From positions 186,001 to 250,000 of the forward strand of contig NW_027191452.1 of NCBI RefSeq assembly GCF_011745625.1: DNA of 64,000 nucleotides. Direction: 5' to 3'. A program made the position numbers and the translations under genes. Positions 59,405-64,000 of this stretch are shown in pieces. Within the stretch, counting starts at the first letter, position 1, and every line of letters begins with the position of its first letter. The notes under the pieces were generated by a model. It did not search any database, was not told the DNA's origin, and worked only from the letters and a program-made list of their open reading frames with translations. Source of the DNA: Cladosporium halotolerans. Its lineage: Eukaryota.

Positions 59405-60350
59405 GTCTTCGATGATATGAGTTGGTTGGGTCGTTCGAGACAACGGAAAAGGCAAAACCCGAGAGGAAATGTGATCTGGGACAGAAGGTAGAGATGATAT
59501 ATATCTGCTTCGCTAGCCAAACACCCACGGCGAGAGGAGGCCCGAAGGAATTAAACCACCCTCGCAATCACCCACCCGCACCAGCGTAGCATCCTTCTCC
59601 CTTATGACCGCGAGCGACCACTGCAGATCTGCCCCCATCCGCCCTCAGCGCCGACGGAAGGCAAACGCAGACACCACTCTCGGCACCACGAAAGCAGACA
59701 CCAGGACTGTCGGGCGACCGCGGTCGGGCCTGCACGCACTGAACGCGTGTCCAATAAAGGCGCCTCGCGAACCCCACGCGATATCACGGGACCGCGCGAA
59801 GGCGGTGGTGGAAAGTCAATTTGTGCCGCTCCTCGCCTAGCGCTGCTGCGGTCAGGGTGGCAGCCGTTCCGATAGAATGGGTTGCAGGCTCGCACAGCCG
59901 ACGTGGCGTGCAGGCGGCCGTTTCACTGCGTGCCGTGATCTGGAAAGAGAGCGGCGCTATCGCATGGGGTCCCGGGCTGGGGTATATGAGATGACCAAGA
60001 CATGTGACAGAGATTCTCTCCTGCGACCAGGATGAGATATGAGATCAACAAGGCAACAGTCATGGAGTGGTCAATAGCTGGAGTCAACATTGATTCGTCA
60101 TGTATATGGATAGCTTGGAGTGCACGTTCAAGGTTGATGAAGCAGGCAGAGGCAACAGCCGGGCCAAGGCGCTAGCCATGCAGGCACTCTATTGCTGCAA
60201 GGGACGACAGAAGAGTCACTGCGGGTACCATGACTGACTATGTGACATGTGCTTGATTCAGGTTTGCACTTCAGCTAGTCTTTCTACCAAAGGTAAAGTT
60301 GTGTCTGTGTTGCATGCGCCAGACGGGAAGCAGCAACACCCTCGATGGCC

Positions 60351-61134
60351 TCATTCCTCAGGGTGCTCATCTTTGATCAGGATCGCGTGATCAGGCGCGC
60401 TCAGCTGCTTGGTCTCCGAAGCGATGACCTTCTCTAACAGCACTTCCATCAGCTGCTGGGCCAAAATCCCACCCTCGGTCTTGATCTCGTCGACCGTCCT
60501 CAGCTCGATCATCTGTGGTAAGAGCTCTGCTAGCCTCTTCTTGATCAGCTGCCCTAAGCTGCTCTCCCGATCACCACCAATTCCGTAGTGAAACCGAGCA
60601 CCAGCCAAGAATACAGGGATGCTGATATTTTTAAATCCGTCAATGTGAGCCAGTATGCCCAATTCGAGACTCTTGATGGAGAGCAGTTTGCTGAACCTGT
60701 AGAGGTAGACCAGTTCCAGCAGATCGCTGCGTACCGTATATGGAATATCGAGCGGGCGGAGGTATCCGGTGGTGAGATAACGTATGGTCTGGGTAACGCA
60801 TTTCCTTGGCCGATTTACTGTGTCGGAAATCAGGATGTCAAATTTGTCTTGAGCGGTTGCAAGCTTTTCGTCGAGCTGTTGCTTGTATAATGGAATGCAG
60901 CGAATGACGCTCTCGGGGACGTAGTATTCGTGGCTCTTGTTCGAGTCGGGTGCCTTGACGGAAAGTCACACCCAACGCTGGTTTGAGAATGTATCATGAC
61001 TACATGGCGTCAGGAAGCACTCCACTTGCTCGGAAGGAATAACAGCTCGCATACGTTGCCGAAGCAGCAGATTCCATGTCGGTAGGCTCTCCTTGCTCCA
61101 CTGTGCGCCGGCGCTTTGTAGCTAAAGAAGACAT
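60351..61134 (-). pseudogene. Divergent BTB-like gene with one premature TGA (60966-60968); paralog-like of the 61482-62321 gene
   Basis: ATG 61134 in CACAATG context and intron 61054-61000 (GTATGC...CTGAC...TAG). The spliced frame reads ...FSNQRWV*LSVKAPD...YYVPESVIRCIPLY... and stays open to 60351. Confidence 0.6.
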
Positions 61135-61481
61135 TGTGACAGACCACAGTTGGTGGGTTGGTCAAATGTTGGGAGCGGTGCGACGAGCGGTGCGGTGAGC
61201 ACAGTCGGGGTGTTGATAGAAAGACTCGACGTTGTTCATGTAGTTGGCTCATGTAAGGTGGACGAGATCATGCTGTGTGAGGAAAGAACGGCTTACTACA
61301 ACTAGGACTTCGCGCCTGCACAGTATGCATGAGTTTCCTCCAAGCTTTACGGCACACCAAAACCTCGATGCAACATCCAAACATCTATCTCCCGCAAATT
61401 CATTCTCCCTCTGTGATTCTTCGATCACGCTATTCTCGCCTTGACTCTTTGGATTAGCCTGAGCATGCTAGTTCCTCCACG

Positions 61482-62321
61482 TCACTCCTTTTTGATCGCC
61501 TGCTTCCGCCCGTGGCAACACATCAAGACCTCAAAAAGCACCGTCTTCAAAACCCCTTTCTCGGCGTTCATCCGTTCCATAGTCGATTTGTCCAGCTTGG
61601 CCGAAAACAGCGTAGTCAGCATGCGTTGGAGGACATTTCCCACCGGAGAATCAGGCGCGTGCACAGCGAGGTCGCCATCCTTGTCCCCTGCATAAACGAT
61701 CTTTGCGAAGTCGAGTAACTGGCCCGCGGACAGGCTCGGGCTCCCTTCAATGTGAGCAAGGACATCGTCGCTGAGCTTCGGAAGCCCAAGCGCGGCGCTG
61801 ACAGCAACCATACGCAAGAGCATCTTCAGCAATTCCAGCACGTTTGCGGCACCGGGATCAATGGCCGGCAGAGGGCTTCCGCCGACGTAGCAAAGGGCTT
61901 GCGAAAAAGCGGCCAGGTCATATGGGCCCTTGTCTGTGATTTCCATGGGCTGGCCGACGTATGAGATGGTGCCTGATTTCTTTTCGAGCTCCGCCCTGTA
62001 TTTCGGGATGCGCTGGAGAACGTGCGTGTGGAGCACGAAAGTCATTCCACGTTTGCGTTTGATAACGGCATTCGTTTTTTCGTTTAATTCCACGTAGTAC
62101 ACCTTGGTCTTGAGACAGATGAAGCCATGAGGATTTGGCGGGTCGCCGGCAGGCAAGTCATCATCGTCCGAAAGCTCGTCGGCATTGTGTATCTTGGTTC
62201 CGTTACCACACTTGCGTTTGGTGGCCTTCGATCCTGCAGTCTCTTCGGTGCTCTCACGCTTCCGTTTCCCATCCTGCTCGTCCTTGTTGGTACTGACGAG
62301 TGCGAAGATGCGGGACAGCAT
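61482..62321 (-). CDS. Divergent BTB-like protein with an N-terminal NLS-like segment
   Basis: 279-aa ORF with KRKR/KRK. FVLHTHVLQRIPKY...AFSQALCYV...AALGLPKL resembles the BTB helix pattern. Confidence 0.6.
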   Translation of the reverse strand: MLSRIFALVSTNKDEQDGKRKRESTEETAGSKATKRKCGNGTKIHNADELSDDDDLPAGDPPNPHGFICLKTKVYYVELNEKTNAVIKRKRGMTFVLHTHVLQRIPKYRAELEKKSGTISYVGQPMEITDKGPYDLAAFSQALCYVGGSPLPAIDPGAANVLELLKMLLRMVAVSAALGLPKLSDDVLAHIEGSPSLSAGQLLDFAKIVYAGDKDGDLAVHAPDSPVGNVLQRMLTTLFSAKLDKSTMERMNAEKGVLKTVLFEVLMCCHGRKQAIKKE

Positions 62322-62885
62322 TGGACTGTATTGGACGGGTGCTTTAGGCGTTGTAAGCGTTGCTGATTGCTGTGACGAAAGATTGATGTTTTTCGTTGGA
62401 TTCGAAGAATGGAACGATGATCAAAGAAGGGGTTTCAGTTGGTATAAGTCTCGGCGGTCTCAGCAAGGACGCCGGGGCTGCCTGACCGTTCATTCTTGCA
62501 CATGATGAATGAATGGCCTCATGATTCTGTGTTGCCAAAAAAGTCGTTCGAGTCACCGGGAATATGCGCGTGCGTGAACCCCAAAAGAGCTAAGTCGACA
62601 AAACTGTCTGCAAATGACACGTGCTTCAATGTTCATACCAGATCGCGTAGGTCTGCCAATGGTCTGAGTCCAGCAAGTCGTACGTCTTCATACTAGTTTG
62701 GGATTGGCACAGCCGTGAAAGCGTCCAGGAGAAACTCGCGAGGCGTTCCGAGTGTCGCTTACAGCTCGCATCACGTGAATGAAGCACGTTGCTTTTGAAA
62801 AGACTGTACCGCAAGTGATGAACAAGCGGTCTCAGCCTCACTCTCACTCGGAATCAATCTTTCACTCAGTGAACCTTCAGACCAC

Positions 62886-63974
62886 TCAGTACGGCGCGAA
62901 CCTCTCACCCTCCTTCTTACTCTTCCTCTTCACCTTCTTTGACCCACCCGCCTCCCCCTTACCCCTCTCCTCCTTCGTCCCCTCCCCAAGCGCCCACAAC
63001 CTCACCATCCCATCCTCACCACAACTCAATACCCTCCCCTCATCAACAAACCTCAAATCCCTCACAACCTCCTCCCCATGCGCTCCCGGCAAATCAACTC
63101 CCTCCCCAAACTCCCACCCCCGCCCCTTGAGCTCCACAACCCTCAGCGTCCTCTTCTCATTGTGCCCGCACGCGACCACGGGATTCCCCAAAAACGACTC
63201 CCGCAGCACGTCGATCACGTACATGCAGTCCAGCTCGCCCCTCACGTCCCCGAACTCCTTCACCGGCAGCGCCTCCTCGTCCGCCGTCCCCGTCTTCTCC
63301 AGCCCGTACACCCACAGCTGCTCGTCCGTGCTGAGCGCGAACACCTGGTCTTCGGCCAGGAAGCCCGCGCAGTGCACCGCGCTGCGCGGGTTGAGCACCT
63401 GCTTCAGCGCGTCCTCCTCGTCGGCGACCTCCGCGTCGAAGACGGAGACGAGCCCGTCGGTGGATCCCGAGAGCAGCAGGCTGCGCTGCGTCGGGTGCCA
63501 CTGCAGCTGCGTGATGGAGTCCGTGTGGGAGTCGACGAAGCTGCGCAGGGGCGGCGCGGCGGGGTCGCGCAGGTCGTAGACGAGCACGCTGACGTCGCCG
63601 AGGCCTTCTTTTGTGCTCTCGGTGCCGGCGGCGAGGAGGTGGCCGGCGCACGCGAGGGCGGAGAAGCCGGCGCCTTTGGGCTCGCGGAGCTCGAGGGTGG
63701 GTTTGGGCGAGGCGCTGCGCGGGTCCCAGAGGCGGATGAGGCCGTCGCGGCCGGCGGTTATGAGGGTTGTGCCGTCTGAGGCGGTCGTGAGGCAGGAGAT
63801 GCCGGTGTGGGCGGACGCGTAGGTCCGGACGGGCTTGAGGTCTGGAAGGCTGAAGATGCGAAGGGAGTCGTCGGAGCCGATTGTGGCGAAGTCGGCGCCG
63901 GTGCGGGCGAGGGTGTAGAGGTAGGTGTCTGGTGGTGTCGAGAGGTTCGACTCGGCGATTTGTTTTGCGGGCAT
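62886..63974 (-). CDS. WD40-repeat protein (WDR89/YNL035C-like)
   Basis: Repeats TAGRDGLIRLWD, SHTDSITQLQWHP...LLSGSTDGLVSVFD and SCGEDGMVRLW; basic tail ending RFAPY. Confidence 0.88.
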   Translation of the reverse strand: MPAKQIAESNLSTPPDTYLYTLARTGADFATIGSDDSLRIFSLPDLKPVRTYASAHTGISCLTTASDGTTLITAGRDGLIRLWDPRSASPKPTLELREPKGAGFSALACAGHLLAAGTESTKEGLGDVSVLVYDLRDPAAPPLRSFVDSHTDSITQLQWHPTQRSLLLSGSTDGLVSVFDAEVADEEDALKQVLNPRSAVHCAGFLAEDQVFALSTDEQLWVYGLEKTGTADEEALPVKEFGDVRGELDCMYVIDVLRESFLGNPVVACGHNEKRTLRVVELKGRGWEFGEGVDLPGAHGEEVVRDLRFVDEGRVLSCGEDGMVRLWALGEGTKEERGKGEAGGSKKVKRKSKKEGERFAPY

Positions 63975-64000
63975 TTCACTGAAGTTGGTGACTTTTCGGA

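Overview
Gene-dense, GC-rich eukaryotic DNA from a filamentous ascomycete. Short GT-AG introns carry CTRAC/CTRAY branch sites, and the protein styles suggest a Dothideomycete (inference). About 30 protein-coding loci can be modelled. Recognisable ones are Ran GTPase, RPL20/eL20, RPA12, a group III HAMP hybrid histidine kinase (NIK1/OS-1), a TM9SF nonaspanin, a nitrilase-family omega-amidase, an RMD1/RMD8-family protein, a CSN12-like PCI protein, a GST, a metallophosphoesterase, a J-domain protein, a bZIP factor, an amidohydrolase-2, a peroxisomal enoyl-CoA hydratase, an MFS transporter, a SPRY protein, a WD40 protein and a GPI-anchored wall protein. No rRNA, tRNA, CRISPR or recognisable transposon was seen. 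The most notable observations are: (1) two otherwise intact genes each broken by one in-frame stop, a secreted Hsp70-fold-like gene and one member of a tandem BTB-like cluster; (2) several degenerate or pseudo-enzyme paralogs (NoxR/p67phox-like TPR protein, metal-ligand-less MBL-fold protein); (3) RPA12 with Arg in place of its first zinc-ribbon Cys; (4) a 52-aa tandem repeat in the MFS N-terminus and an intron built from two back-to-back 27-nt intron-like units; (5) a 4-nt start-codon micro-exon and structured intron in RPL20; (6) a 4-exon secreted Cys-rich protein with a hydrophobic hairpin; and (7) a strong sense-strand C-rich to G-rich flip inside a subset of CDSs. All family calls come from motif recognition, not database searches.
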